From an uncultured Oscillospiraceae bacterium (GTDB lineage: Bacteria > Bacillota > Clostridia > Oscillospirales > Oscillospiraceae), in contig CAZWJM010000001.1 in NCBI GenBank assembly GCA_964634435.1, forward strand, positions 2,304-66,303: 64,000 bases of DNA, given 5' to 3'. Positions 1 to 9,140 of this stretch are shown here, one piece after another. The notes under the pieces are model-generated. The model was not told where the DNA came from and made no database searches. It saw only the letters and a program-made list of their open reading frames with translations. Positions within the stretch are counted from its first letter, which is position 1, and every line of letters starts with the position of its first letter. The position numbers were made by a program, and so were the translations under genes.

Positions 1-1191
1 TTTGAGGAGAATAAGAGCGAGGCCGTCGGCTCTGTGCATTATATTGCACCCGAGCAGGCGCGCGGAGCGGCCCCTGACGCAAGAAGCGATATCTATTCTC
101 TCGGCATCGTCATGTACGAAATGCTCACCGGCAAGCTTCCCTATGTCGGGCAGTCGGACGTTGAGGTCGCCGTAAAGCATATGAACACTGACCCCGTCAG
201 CCCGCGCGAAATTGTCCCCGATATCCCGGAAGAACTTGAGCGCATCTGCCTCAAGGCTATGGATTCGGATATAAACGACAGATATCAGACGGCTGGCCAG
301 CTCCTTTCAGACCTTGAGCAGTACAAGGCGCAGAGCCTTGCAGCCCAGGTGCTTGACGAGTCGGAGACCGTGCTTATCGACAGCGACGATGCGCCGCCCC
401 GCCGCAGGGAAAGAAGCAGCCGCAGCCGCAAAATTGCGCTCAGCTCCGGCATACTGGCAGTGCTGCTGTTTGTCATAATCGGCTTTGTGCTGCTAAACGG
501 CTATTTCCTCAAGGATCTGTTCTCCGACCCAGTGAAGATCAAGGTCGATAACTTCGTCGGCAGATATTACGAGGATGTAATTAACGATAAGGATTATAAG
601 AAAACATACGATTTCAAGGTCACCTTCAAGGTCGACACTGAGCATGAGTATGGCATCATCCTCTCGCAGGATCCCATGGCCGACAGAAGCAGAACAGTCA
701 GCGACAAGGGCGAGAAGATAGTCGTCGACCTCATATGCGCCGCCCCGACGGTTGACGATACAAAGCGCCTTTTAAAAGTCCCCGATATAGTTAACCGCGA
801 GCGGGAAGAAGCCATAAGCATGATCCAGGACGCAGGCTTTAAGTATTCCATCGACCAGGTCCCGTCGGATAGCGTAACGCGCGGCTATGTCATAAGCACT
901 GATCCCGTCTCCGGCGCTGCTGCCGATGAAGGCAGCGAGGTCAAGATAGTTATAAGCACAGGCCCTGCCGCCGTTATGACCAAGGTGCCGCAGCTCAAGG
1001 GACTTACCAAGGATGCCGCCATCTCCAAGATCGAAAGCAGCAACCTCAGCGTCGGCAGTCTGAGCACGGCCGAAAGCGAGTTTGACGCAGGCACGGTTAT
1101 CGAGCAGAACATCGCCGCCGGTACCGAGGTCGAGGAGCACACCAAGATATCCATAACGATATCCTCCGGCCCTGCAGGGGGCGGCAACTGA
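1..1191 (+). CDS. prkC: Ser/Thr protein kinase, PrkC/PknB type, C-terminal part (5' end outside window): end of kinase domain, one TM segment, three PASTA repeats
   Basis: Frame is open from nt 1. GSVHYIAPEQARG...DIYSLGIVMYEMLTGKLPY matches the kinase activation loop and subdomains VIII-IX. TM segment IALSSGILAVLLFVIIGFVLL is followed by three ~65-aa PASTA-like repeats. rsgA follows, as in B. subtilis prkC-cpgA. Confidence 0.9.
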   Translation, partial: FEENKSEAVGSVHYIAPEQARGAAPDARSDIYSLGIVMYEMLTGKLPYVGQSDVEVAVKHMNTDPVSPREIVPDIPEELERICLKAMDSDINDRYQTAGQLLSDLEQYKAQSLAAQVLDESETVLIDSDDAPPRRRERSSRSRKIALSSGILAVLLFVIIGFVLLNGYFLKDLFSDPVKIKVDNFVGRYYEDVINDKDYKKTYDFKVTFKVDTEHEYGIILSQDPMADRSRTVSDKGEKIVVDLICAAPTVDDTKRLLKVPDIVNREREEAISMIQDAGFKYSIDQVPSDSVTRGYVISTDPVSGAAADEGSEVKIVISTGPAAVMTKVPQLKGLTKDAAISKIESSNLSVGSLSTAESEFDAGTVIEQNIAAGTEVEEHTKISITISSGPAGGGN

Positions 1192-2066
1192 TGGAAGGAA
1201 CGATAATCAAGGCACTCAGCGGATTCTACTACGTTATCGCAGACTCTGCCGTGTACGAGTGCCGCGCACGCGGCAAGTTCCGGCTTGACGGAACATCGCC
1301 TATGGTGGGTGACAGTGTAAGCTTCACGCCCGAGGGCAGCAAGGGCTATGTAACAGCCGTGCACGAGCGCAAGAATTTCTTCATCCGCCCGATGGTCGCG
1401 AATATCGACGCGCTTGTGTTCATTGCCGCAAATACAAATCCCGTGACTGACCCGTTTTTGATCGACAGAGTTTCGGTCATAACAGAGGAAGCCGGCTGCG
1501 AGCTCATTGTCTGCATAAACAAGACGGATATTGACCCTGCCGATAAACTGTATGATATCTATACGGCGTCGGGCTTTGAAACGTACAGGGTGAGCGCCGC
1601 AACTGGTGCGGGCATTGATGAGCTGCGCGCGGCCCTCAAGGGCAAAATTTGCGCATTCACCGGCAACTCCGGCGTCGGCAAGTCGAGCATATTAAACGCC
1701 ATGCTCCCGGGACTTAGCCTCCAGGTCGGCGAGGTGAGCGAAAAGCTCGGCCGAGGCAGGCATACGACAAGGCACGTTGAGCTTTTTGACGCCGGAGATG
1801 GGACATATATTGCCGACACTCCGGGCTTTGCCTCGTTTGAAATCGAAATGATGCAGACGATAGATAAGGCAGATCTGCAATATGATTTCCGCGAATTTCG
1901 CGAGCATATAGGCTCATGCCGTTTTACGGACTGCGCGCATCTTAAAGAGCCCGGCTGCTCCGTGACTGCCGCCGTTAAGGACGGAAAAATAGTAAAAAGC
2001 CGATACGATTCCTACGCAAGACTATACGAGCTTGCGGCAAAGAATAAGTTTTGGGAAAATAAATAG
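1191..2066 (+). CDS. rsgA: Ribosome small-subunit-dependent GTPase A (circularly permuted GTPase)
   Basis: G motifs occur in permuted order: NKTD, then GNSGVGKSS, then DTPG. C-terminal Cys/His cluster CRFTDCAHLKEPGC. Start overlaps the prkC stop. Confidence 0.9.
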   Translation: MEGTIIKALSGFYYVIADSAVYECRARGKFRLDGTSPMVGDSVSFTPEGSKGYVTAVHERKNFFIRPMVANIDALVFIAANTNPVTDPFLIDRVSVITEEAGCELIVCINKTDIDPADKLYDIYTASGFETYRVSAATGAGIDELRAALKGKICAFTGNSGVGKSSILNAMLPGLSLQVGEVSEKLGRGRHTTRHVELFDAGDGTYIADTPGFASFEIEMMQTIDKADLQYDFREFREHIGSCRFTDCAHLKEPGCSVTAAVKDGKIVKSRYDSYARLYELAAKNKFWENK

Positions 2067-2329
2067 CATTTGAACGCCGCCTCCGGCATACGCTTTATAA
2101 AATGCGTGTGCTGGGGGCGATTTTTTGCGTAAAGGACCGTGCGCCGCTTTTGCGGTGCTTGCTATCGTTTCGGGTGTAGTCATAATCCTGTCGCTTGTTC
2201 TGCCGACGCAGTTTTGGTGGTTCCTGCTGGCAGCGGCGCTCATTTGGATAGGAATATGGCTGTGCCGCTGTCATTAACTGTGGGGCGGCTGCATAGGATG
2301 TACAAAGACCGATTGTAAGGAGAAATGCT

Positions 2330-3799
2330 ATGAAGATCGAACTCAAAAGCAGGGAGCAAAGCTCATATAAGCTGCTTTGCTCTTCCGCGGGTCAAACGCA
2401 AAACAGCTCAGAGCTCATAATTCCCGACACCATGGAGGATATCCAGCGCATATTGTGCTGCCGCCATCAGTGCAGGATACGCGAAAAGAATGTGCGCTCA
2501 GACTGCGTAAGCGTAAGCGGCGAGACGGATGTAAGCATATTGTACATACCCGAGGGCGGCGCCGGTGTGCGCGCTGTCGGCATAACGGTGCCGCTTGAAA
2601 TTAACCTTGATGCGCCGGGCGCTGACAGCACGAGCACCGCGATAACGCACCTTGCGTCGGTGTCGGTCGACGCGAAGGCTGCAAACCCGCGCAAAATTTC
2701 CGTCACCGTCACCGCCGACATGCAGCAGACAACGTATAAATACGCAGACTTTGCATGGTGCTGTACGCCTGAAAATGCGCCGGATAAGCTGTTTTTCAGG
2801 TCATCATCGGTAAGGCATAAAAGCATAGTGCTTGCAGGTGAAAAAACTCTCAGCATCGAAGATGAGCTCGACCTTCCCGAGGAGCTTAACGGCGCAGATT
2901 TCGTACGCGCATTCAGCAGCGTGACGATGGAGGGAAGCGAAGTTGTCGGAACAAAGCTTGTTGTTAAAGGCACGGCGGCGATAGAAGCGCTTTATATCAT
3001 CTCCGGTACGCTAAAAACGGCGCAGTTTACTCTGCCGTTTTCGCAGCTGTTTAATCTGCCCGACGGCTGCACTGAGCTCGAGGTGAGCGCAGAGGCAATG
3101 ATAACGGGGCAGTTTTTTGAAAGCTATAACGGCAAGCTCTCGGCCGAGGTGCGTGCGGCGGTGCAGATAGTGTGCACGCAGGACAGCAGCATTGAATACA
3201 TTTCCGATGCCTATTCTTGTCGCCATGTGCTCGAAGCCGGGTATGAGGATGTAAGCCTCATATCAGCATTTCGCGAGGATACGGAAAAGTGCGATGTAAA
3301 GCTTTCGTATAACTCAGATTACGGTGTGACGGGCATCGTATTTGCCAAAGCCTCGGCGCTCCCGGCGGAGATATCTGACGATGCTGTCATCATCCCGATA
3401 CTCGCCGAGGTCGTATACACGGACAGGGAGGGAGCCCTGCGCTCCTGCTGCGTCAGAGGCAAGGCAGAGCTTGAGATAAGCGAAAGACCCGAGTACGTCA
3501 GGGTGGAGAGCGTCACCGCCTCAGCGCGGTCTGAGCAGGATGCCGTTATCATAAACGCCGTTGTCAACGCCTCGTGCAGATACGTTTCGTTTGAAAGCAT
3601 TAGTATGCTCAGCCGCCTTGAAGAGACGGAAGCGGAGATAGGCCACTCGGATGTGTCCCTATACATGTGCCGCTGTGCCGATGGTGATCTGTGGGCTCTT
3701 GCGAAGAAATACGGCTCCGACGCAGAGCTTATCCGGCAAATTAACGGCATCGATGAGCCTGTTCCGCAGGATAGGCTGCTGCTGATTCCCGTAGTATGA
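2330..3799 (+). CDS. SipL-like spore morphogenetic protein (DUF3794/SPOCS-type repetitive region plus C-terminal LysM)
   Basis: 489 aa. C-terminal LysM: GDLWALAKKYGSDAELIRQINGI...RLLLIP. The beta-rich N-terminal region resembles clostridial SipL. aaggag RBS upstream. Its stop overlaps the spoIIIAA start (ATGA). Confidence 0.6.
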   Translation: MKIELKSREQSSYKLLCSSAGQTQNSSELIIPDTMEDIQRILCCRHQCRIREKNVRSDCVSVSGETDVSILYIPEGGAGVRAVGITVPLEINLDAPGADSTSTAITHLASVSVDAKAANPRKISVTVTADMQQTTYKYADFAWCCTPENAPDKLFFRSSSVRHKSIVLAGEKTLSIEDELDLPEELNGADFVRAFSSVTMEGSEVVGTKLVVKGTAAIEALYIISGTLKTAQFTLPFSQLFNLPDGCTELEVSAEAMITGQFFESYNGKLSAEVRAAVQIVCTQDSSIEYISDAYSCRHVLEAGYEDVSLISAFREDTEKCDVKLSYNSDYGVTGIVFAKASALPAEISDDAVIIPILAEVVYTDREGALRSCCVRGKAELEISERPEYVRVESVTASARSEQDAVIINAVVNASCRYVSFESISMLSRLEETEAEIGHSDVSLYMCRCADGDLWALAKKYGSDAELIRQINGIDEPVPQDRLLLIPVV

Positions 3800-4662
3800 A
3801 CGCCTTCAATGAGGCCGTGAGGCTGCTGCCGCCGCGCTTGGCGGCAGCGTTCGGCCAAACGGTGAAAAACGCCGAGGAATTCAGGCTCAGGACAGGCTTT
3901 GCGCCGACTGCGCTGATTCTTGGCACGGAGGTGAAGATCTCCGAAGCCTTGGTAACGAGTGCTGATATAGAATGTCTGCTCGAAAAAGCGACGAACGCCT
4001 CCGTTCACACGGCACAGGCAGACATGGCAAAGGGCTTTATCCCATGCCGCTTTGGAATACGCCTCGGACTGTGCGGAACGGGAATAATCACAGGCGGCAG
4101 GGTAGCGGGTCTGCGCGATATAAGCTCAGTTTCTGTCCGCATACCGCATGAGGTGCGAGGCTGCGGCGGGGAGGTGCTTGACACTCTGTGCAGGGAAAGA
4201 AACGCAAATGTCCTCATCATATCTCAGCCCGGCGGCGGGAAGACAACATTTTTGCGTGAGTGCATAAGGGTATTGTCAAACGCCGGCACTCGCGTAGCCG
4301 TTGCCGACGAGCGCGGGGAGCTTGCCGCAATGCACAGAGGTGCGGCACAGTTTGATATCGGCGAGCACACGGATGTTTTAACGGATATCCCAAAAGCCGA
4401 GGCCGTTATCATGCTCCTGCGCGCGATGAATCCGCAGGTGGTCGTTATGGACGAGATATCGTCTCCCGCCGACTGCGCGGCTGTGAGCACCGCTATAGGC
4501 TGCGGCGTGCGGGTTATCGCAACGGCTCACGCAGGGAGTGTGCATGAGCTTCACAAACGCCCTGTTTATAAATCGCTTTTGGAGCTCGGCGCATTTTCAA
4601 ACGCTGTTATCATAAGCAACAACGCCGGTGTGCGAAGCTATGGCTGGGAGGCGCTTGCATGA
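3796..4662 (+). CDS. spoIIIAA: Stage III sporulation protein AA (ATPase)
   Basis: Walker A SQPGGGKTTFLRE and Walker B-like VVVMDEI. First of eight collinear spoIIIA-sized genes. Confidence 0.9.
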   Translation: MNAFNEAVRLLPPRLAAAFGQTVKNAEEFRLRTGFAPTALILGTEVKISEALVTSADIECLLEKATNASVHTAQADMAKGFIPCRFGIRLGLCGTGIITGGRVAGLRDISSVSVRIPHEVRGCGGEVLDTLCRERNANVLIISQPGGGKTTFLRECIRVLSNAGTRVAVADERGELAAMHRGAAQFDIGEHTDVLTDIPKAEAVIMLLRAMNPQVVVMDEISSPADCAAVSTAIGCGVRVIATAHAGSVHELHKRPVYKSLLELGAFSNAVIISNNAGVRSYGWEALA

Positions 4663-5168
4663 ATCTTTTGGGCGCAATATTGCTCATTTCGGGCGGCCTG
4701 GCGGCGGGGATAATGAAGGCTCGCGCCCTCACCGATACCGACAGGACATATTCGGCCATGATACATGTGCTCGGATTTATTAAAAGTGAGATATCTTCGC
4801 GCAAAGCGCCGCTTGATGATATCCTGCTCCGCCTTAAAACTAACTGCCCGCGGCAGATAAGCTTATTTGTAAGCCGCCTTTCCGACGGACTTTTGAAGCT
4901 TGACGAGCAGACGTTCTGCACTGTTTGGACAAGCAGCGCCGAGGATTGCCTCCAAAGCCTTTCACCTCAAAGCGTCGCGGCAGTTGCCGCCCTCGGTTCA
5001 AGCCTCGGCAGATATGATGCGGACATGCAGTGCGCGGCGCTTGAGCGCTGCATGGCAGAGCTTTTGTCCGCGCGGGACGAAATGCGCACCCGACTTTCGG
5101 CAAACAAAAGAATGTACATCGGCCTTGGCGGAGCCGGCGGGCTAATACTTGCCATAGTGCTGATCTGA
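4659..5168 (+). CDS. spoIIIAB: Stage III sporulation protein AB
   Basis: 169 aa with N- and C-terminal TM segments. ATGA overlap with spoIIIAA. Correct operon position. Confidence 0.8.
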   Translation: MNLLGAILLISGGLAAGIMKARALTDTDRTYSAMIHVLGFIKSEISSRKAPLDDILLRLKTNCPRQISLFVSRLSDGLLKLDEQTFCTVWTSSAEDCLQSLSPQSVAAVAALGSSLGRYDADMQCAALERCMAELLSARDEMRTRLSANKRMYIGLGGAGGLILAIVLI

Positions 5169-5178
5169 CGGAGGAAAC

Positions 5179-5373
5179 ATGGAAGTTGAGCTTATATTCA
5201 AAATCGCGGCCGTCGGCATCCTTGTCGCGGTGCTTAACATATTGCTCTCCCGCTCCGGGCGGGACGAGCAGGCGCTTATGACGACGATAGCGGCGCTGGT
5301 GGTCGTGCTGATAGTGGTCGTGCAGAAAATAAGCGAGCTTTTTACGCTTATTAAAGACCTCTTTGCGCTGTGA
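5179..5373 (+). CDS. spoIIIAC: Stage III sporulation protein AC
   Basis: 64 aa, two TM helices. Size and position are typical of SpoIIIAC. Confidence 0.8.
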   Translation: MEVELIFKIAAVGILVAVLNILLSRSGRDEQALMTTIAALVVVLIVVVQKISELFTLIKDLFAL

Positions 5374-5759
5374 TGGATATCGTCATCAAAGCCTCGGCGA
5401 TAGCCATAGTCTCGGCGCTGTGCGTACTGCTTATTAAAAAAGCAAATGGCGAGATATCCCTTGCAGTTGCGATTGCCGCAAGCGCAGTTTTGTGCCTTGC
5501 TTCACTGCGTATGCTGGGGAGCATCCTCGATTTTATTTCAGGCGTTATTGAGCTTACGGGGCTCAGTATGGCGCTGTTTTCGCCGATAATAAAATGCGTC
5601 GGCATTGCAATGATAGTCTCGCTCACAACGAGCCTGTGCCGTGACGCCGGGCAAAGCGGCATAGCATCGGCAGTTGAGCTTACAGGCGCTGCGGCGGCGC
5701 TGTTTGCTGCTCTGCCGCTTATGACATCACTTTTGGATACGATAGGCGGTTTGGTATGA
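5370..5759 (+). CDS. spoIIIAD: Stage III sporulation protein AD
   Basis: 129 aa polytopic membrane protein. Overlaps neighbouring genes at both ends. Confidence 0.8.
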   Translation: MMDIVIKASAIAIVSALCVLLIKKANGEISLAVAIAASAVLCLASLRMLGSILDFISGVIELTGLSMALFSPIIKCVGIAMIVSLTTSLCRDAGQSGIASAVELTGAAAALFAALPLMTSLLDTIGGLV

Positions 5760-6811
5760 AAAAGCTGCTGCTGATATTGCTGTTTTCCGTATTTCTTATA
5801 ACTCCGTGCTATGCCGAGCCCTATGACAGCGCCGAGCTTCATGATGCACTGCCCGAGGATACGTCAGAGCTTCTTGAGGGCGCAGAGCTATCCCCACAGG
5901 AGAGCCTCGGGAAGATAGGCGATGCCTTCACAGACACTGTAGCCTCAGGGCTTGGCGGGGCAATTAAACGTGCGCTTGCCGTTATCGCTGTTGCTGTTAT
6001 ATGCGCAGCTTTAACGGTGTTTAGCGGCAGTATGCCCGAGTATGTTTCGCTCGGCGGCTGTACGGCCGTTGCCGTCATAAGCGTAAACGAGGTTAGCTCA
6101 TTTATAACAAGCGCCCAGCAGGTCATTGACATACTGTCGGGCTTTTCCAAAACGCTTCTGCCTGCAATGTGCGCTGCCTCCGCCGCCTGCGGAACATTGG
6201 GCGCTGCAACGGCAAAATACGCGGCTTCGGTGCTGTTTATGGATGCGTTCGTGAGCTTTTCGCAGGGCATTATCCTGCCGATTATCTACGCTTTCTTAGC
6301 TGTCAGCATAAGCGCCGCTGCATTCGGAAGCCGACCGCTTTCGGATATCGCGGTGGCACTAAAGCGCCTGTGTTCGCTTTTTATGACGGCCGCGGCACTG
6401 GGCTTTACAGTGTATATAAGCATAAGCTCCGTCGTTGCCTCCGGCGGGGACGCGGTTGCCTCAAAGCTTACAAAAACGGCGATATCGACAGTTCTGCCCG
6501 TTGTCGGCAGTATGATATCCGACGCTGCATCAACAGTCGTTGCCGGTGCGCAGGTCATGCGAAACTCCGTCGGCGTTTTCGGAATGCTCGCGCTGCTTGC
6601 CGTGTGCGCTGTGCCGTTTGCGGCAATGGGCTTAAACTATTTAAGCTATAAGCTTGCAGCCTTTGCCGTGCGCGCCTTTGGCTGCGATAAGCTCTCCGAG
6701 CTTACAAGCGGCATAGCAGCGGCCATAGGCATGATCCTCGGTCTTGCCGGCTGCTGCGCGATAATCCTGTTTGTATCGATGGCGATATCAATAAAGGCGG
6801 TGAGCATCTGA
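5756..6811 (+). CDS. spoIIIAE: Stage III sporulation protein AE
   Basis: 351 aa with signal-like N-terminus MKKLLLILLFSVFLITPCYA, then a multi-TM body. Correct operon position. Confidence 0.85.
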   Translation: MKKLLLILLFSVFLITPCYAEPYDSAELHDALPEDTSELLEGAELSPQESLGKIGDAFTDTVASGLGGAIKRALAVIAVAVICAALTVFSGSMPEYVSLGGCTAVAVISVNEVSSFITSAQQVIDILSGFSKTLLPAMCAASAACGTLGAATAKYAASVLFMDAFVSFSQGIILPIIYAFLAVSISAAAFGSRPLSDIAVALKRLCSLFMTAAALGFTVYISISSVVASGGDAVASKLTKTAISTVLPVVGSMISDAASTVVAGAQVMRNSVGVFGMLALLAVCAVPFAAMGLNYLSYKLAAFAVRAFGCDKLSELTSGIAAAIGMILGLAGCCAIILFVSMAISIKAVSI

Positions 6812-7311
6812 TGGCGCAAGCGTTTACGCAATGGCTGCATGCTGTTATATACACCGGCATCGTCTGCGCTCTTGCGCTGCTTTTAACGCCGGAGGGACGT
6901 GTCAAAATGGCGCTTAAAATAATCTGCGCTGTTGCTATGTGCGTATCGATCGCGTCGCCTGCTGCAGAGCTTGACTTTTCGGCCTATTCAAAGGCGATGG
7001 CAAAATATAAGCTCGACGCGCAAGCTATAGCCGAAGAGGGTGAGCAGTACAGCAAAAATTTAAACCGCAGTATCATAGAAGATGAGTGCAGGGCATATAT
7101 ATTGGACAAAGCCAATGAAATGGGCGCCGAGGTTTCCGATGTAACCGTGACGGCGTTTTGGAGCAGCGAGGGCTATTGGTATCCAAAGCAGGTGAGCATT
7201 GCATCCCATGCTGACGAAAAGCAGCGCGAGCAGCTTTCCGACTGGATACAGGCGCAGCTTGGGATAAGCATAAACGAGCAGGAATGGAGCAATGGTGAAA
7301 ATGACGGATAA
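6811..7311 (+). CDS. spoIIIAF: Stage III sporulation protein AF
   Basis: 166 aa with two N-terminal TM segments and an acidic soluble domain. Start overlaps the spoIIIAE stop (TGATG). Confidence 0.75.
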   Translation: MAQAFTQWLHAVIYTGIVCALALLLTPEGRVKMALKIICAVAMCVSIASPAAELDFSAYSKAMAKYKLDAQAIAEEGEQYSKNLNRSIIEDECRAYILDKANEMGAEVSDVTVTAFWSSEGYWYPKQVSIASHADEKQREQLSDWIQAQLGISINEQEWSNGENDG

Positions 7312-7636
7312 GATAAAGCAGCAAATTGCAAAGTTTAAATATCCGCTGCTTGCGCTCGTGCTCGGCCTTGCGATAATGCTCATCCCGACGGGCGCGGATA
7401 GCGATAACGCCATTGACCAGGCAGACGATGAGCAGCGCCTTGCGCTTATCCTGAGCAAGTGCGACGGGGTGGGGCAGGTGAGTGCGCTTTTGTCGGAAAA
7501 CGGAGCCATAATAGTGTGCGACGGGGCCGATAACGCCGCCGTGCGGCTTAATGTAACAAATGCTGTCGAGGCCTTCACGGGCTTTTCGAGCGACAGGATA
7601 CAGGTAATTAAAACTGCGCCGAATATAGGAGGGTAA
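7292..7636 (+). CDS. spoIIIAG: Stage III sporulation protein AG, unusually short form (start may be the ATG at 7301)
   Basis: N-terminal TM YPLLALVLGLAIMLIP. C-terminal ...GVGQVSALLSENGAIIVCDGADNAAVRLNVTNAVEAFTGFSSDRIQVIK aligns with the two halves of the B. subtilis SpoIIIAG ring-building motif. Confidence 0.7.
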   Translation: MVKMTDKIKQQIAKFKYPLLALVLGLAIMLIPTGADSDNAIDQADDEQRLALILSKCDGVGQVSALLSENGAIIVCDGADNAAVRLNVTNAVEAFTGFSSDRIQVIKTAPNIGG

Positions 7637-7637
7637 T

Positions 7638-8177
7638 ATGAAGCATATGAAACGAAACGTTACGATAGCGGCGGTGCTGCTGCTCGTGTGCGCGGCAGTG
7701 TATTTAAACTGGTCGTATAATAACCAGTGGGGCACGGCAGACCCGGCGATGGTCAAGGCCGAGGACGCGGCAATGTCGGCGGCAAATGAGGCGTATGAAG
7801 CGGCAAACACGCAGTCAACATCAGGATATTTTGCGCAGGCAAGATTGTCCCGTCAGGTCTCGCGCGACGAGGCGATGAAGCTTTTGGAGGACGCGATGAA
7901 ATCCGAAACCGCGTCCCAGGAGACGGTAGACTCTGCGATGAACGCCATATCCGTCATGGCAAACTACTCAATGAAGGAATCCCAGCTTGAAAATAAGCTT
8001 TTGGCAAAGGATTTTGCCGACTGTGTGGTGTACATGAGCGATGAGGGCATAACAGTCGCCGTTCCCGCGCCGCTTGACGGACTGAGCGAAGCGGCCGTCG
8101 CGCGCATAACCGAAACTGTTACCTCCGAGACCTCCTATACCGCGGCTCAGCTCAATGTAATAGAAGTCCCATCGTAA
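7638..8177 (+). CDS. spoIIIAH: Stage III sporulation protein AH
   Basis: 179 aa. N-terminal TM, then YFAQARLSRQVSRDEAMKLLED and a C-terminal YscJ/RBM-like domain. Last gene before a terminator. Confidence 0.8.
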   Translation: MKHMKRNVTIAAVLLLVCAAVYLNWSYNNQWGTADPAMVKAEDAAMSAANEAYEAANTQSTSGYFAQARLSRQVSRDEAMKLLEDAMKSETASQETVDSAMNAISVMANYSMKESQLENKLLAKDFADCVVYMSDEGITVAVPAPLDGLSEAAVARITETVTSETSYTAAQLNVIEVPS

Positions 8178-8206
8178 AAAAGACGGCAAAGGCCGTCTTT
8201 TTTCCT
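8176..8206 (+). terminator. Rho-independent terminator of the spoIIIA operon
   Basis: Hairpin aagacggc-aaag-gccgtctt followed by a T run. Confidence 0.8.
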
Positions 8207-8285
8207 TTATTTTTTCCTATAGTTGTGGTACAATACACTGAATGAATTTTTGCACCTTTCGGTGCAGGCATAACGGAGGCACAGT

Positions 8286-8648
8286 ATGAGCGATAATTAC
8301 ATTAGCTGCAAAGCCGAAAACGGCAGCATAAATATATCTGAGGAAGTCATTTCCGCAATGGTACGCACGGCAGTCACCGAGGTCGAGGGCGTTGCTGCAA
8401 TATCCAACACTCCCGGCGGCGAGATAGCCGAGCTTATCGGTATAAAGAGCATGTCCAAGGGCATAACCGTTCAGATAATCGACGATATGGTCAAGGTCGA
8501 TGTTATAATCCTCGTGCGCTACGGCTGCAACATCGTAAATGTTGCACGCGAGGTGCAGAACTCGGTCGGCGAGGTCGTTGAGGCAGTAACGGGCATTGAA
8601 AAGGCAGAGATAAACGTCCATGTTTCGGGCGTTGCATTTGAAAAGTAA
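8286..8648 (+). CDS. Asp23/Gls24 family alkaline-shock protein (YqhY-like)
   Basis: 120 aa. ISEEVISAMVRTAVTEVEGVA... is typical of the Asp23 family. It sits upstream of nusB, like B. subtilis yqhY. Confidence 0.85.
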   Translation: MSDNYISCKAENGSINISEEVISAMVRTAVTEVEGVAAISNTPGGEIAELIGIKSMSKGITVQIIDDMVKVDVIILVRYGCNIVNVAREVQNSVGEVVEAVTGIEKAEINVHVSGVAFEK

Positions 8649-8666
8649 GTCACGAGGTATAGTAGG

Positions 8667-9140
8667 ATGAAGAGAACTACCGCAAGACAGATAGCGGTGC
8701 AGCTTAGCTTTTACGCATCCGCAAGCGGCAAGCCGGTCGAGGAGCTTTTGCAGCAATTCTTCGATGAGGAATATTACGCAACGCTCGCCGAAGAAAACGA
8801 GCTTTTTTCCGAGTATCCGGAGAAGAAGCAGCGTGAGTATATTTCGCGCCTTTTGCTCACGGCCGAGGATTACAGGATCCAGATAGACAAGCTTATTGAA
8901 AAATACGCTCAGGGCTGGAAGGTGGAGAGAATATCCAAGACCGCTATGGCGGCGCTCAGATGCGCCGTGTGCGAGATAGCGTACATGGACGATATCCCGG
9001 CTGCCAGCGCCATAAACGAGGCTGTTGAGCTTGCCAAGGGCTTTGATGAGCCGGAGACGGTGTCGTTTATTAACGGCGTCCTCGGCGGCATAATGCGCGG
9101 CGAGTTTTCCGATAAGCCCGAAACGGAGACGGACGCATGA
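8667..9140 (+). CDS. nusB: Transcription antitermination factor NusB
   Basis: RTTARQIAVQLSF... plus C-terminal INEAVELAKGF...SFINGVLG. Size and synteny fit. Confidence 0.9.
   Translation: MKRTTARQIAVQLSFYASASGKPVEELLQQFFDEEYYATLAEENELFSEYPEKKQREYISRLLLTAEDYRIQIDKLIEKYAQGWKVERISKTAMAALRCAVCEIAYMDDIPAASAINEAVELAKGFDEPETVSFINGVLGGIMRGEFSDKPETETDA

Noticed and set aside
8217-8756. 179-aa minus-strand ORF over asp23 and the nusB start
   Set aside because: It is antisense to two well-supported genes and crosses their intergenic region. No signals.
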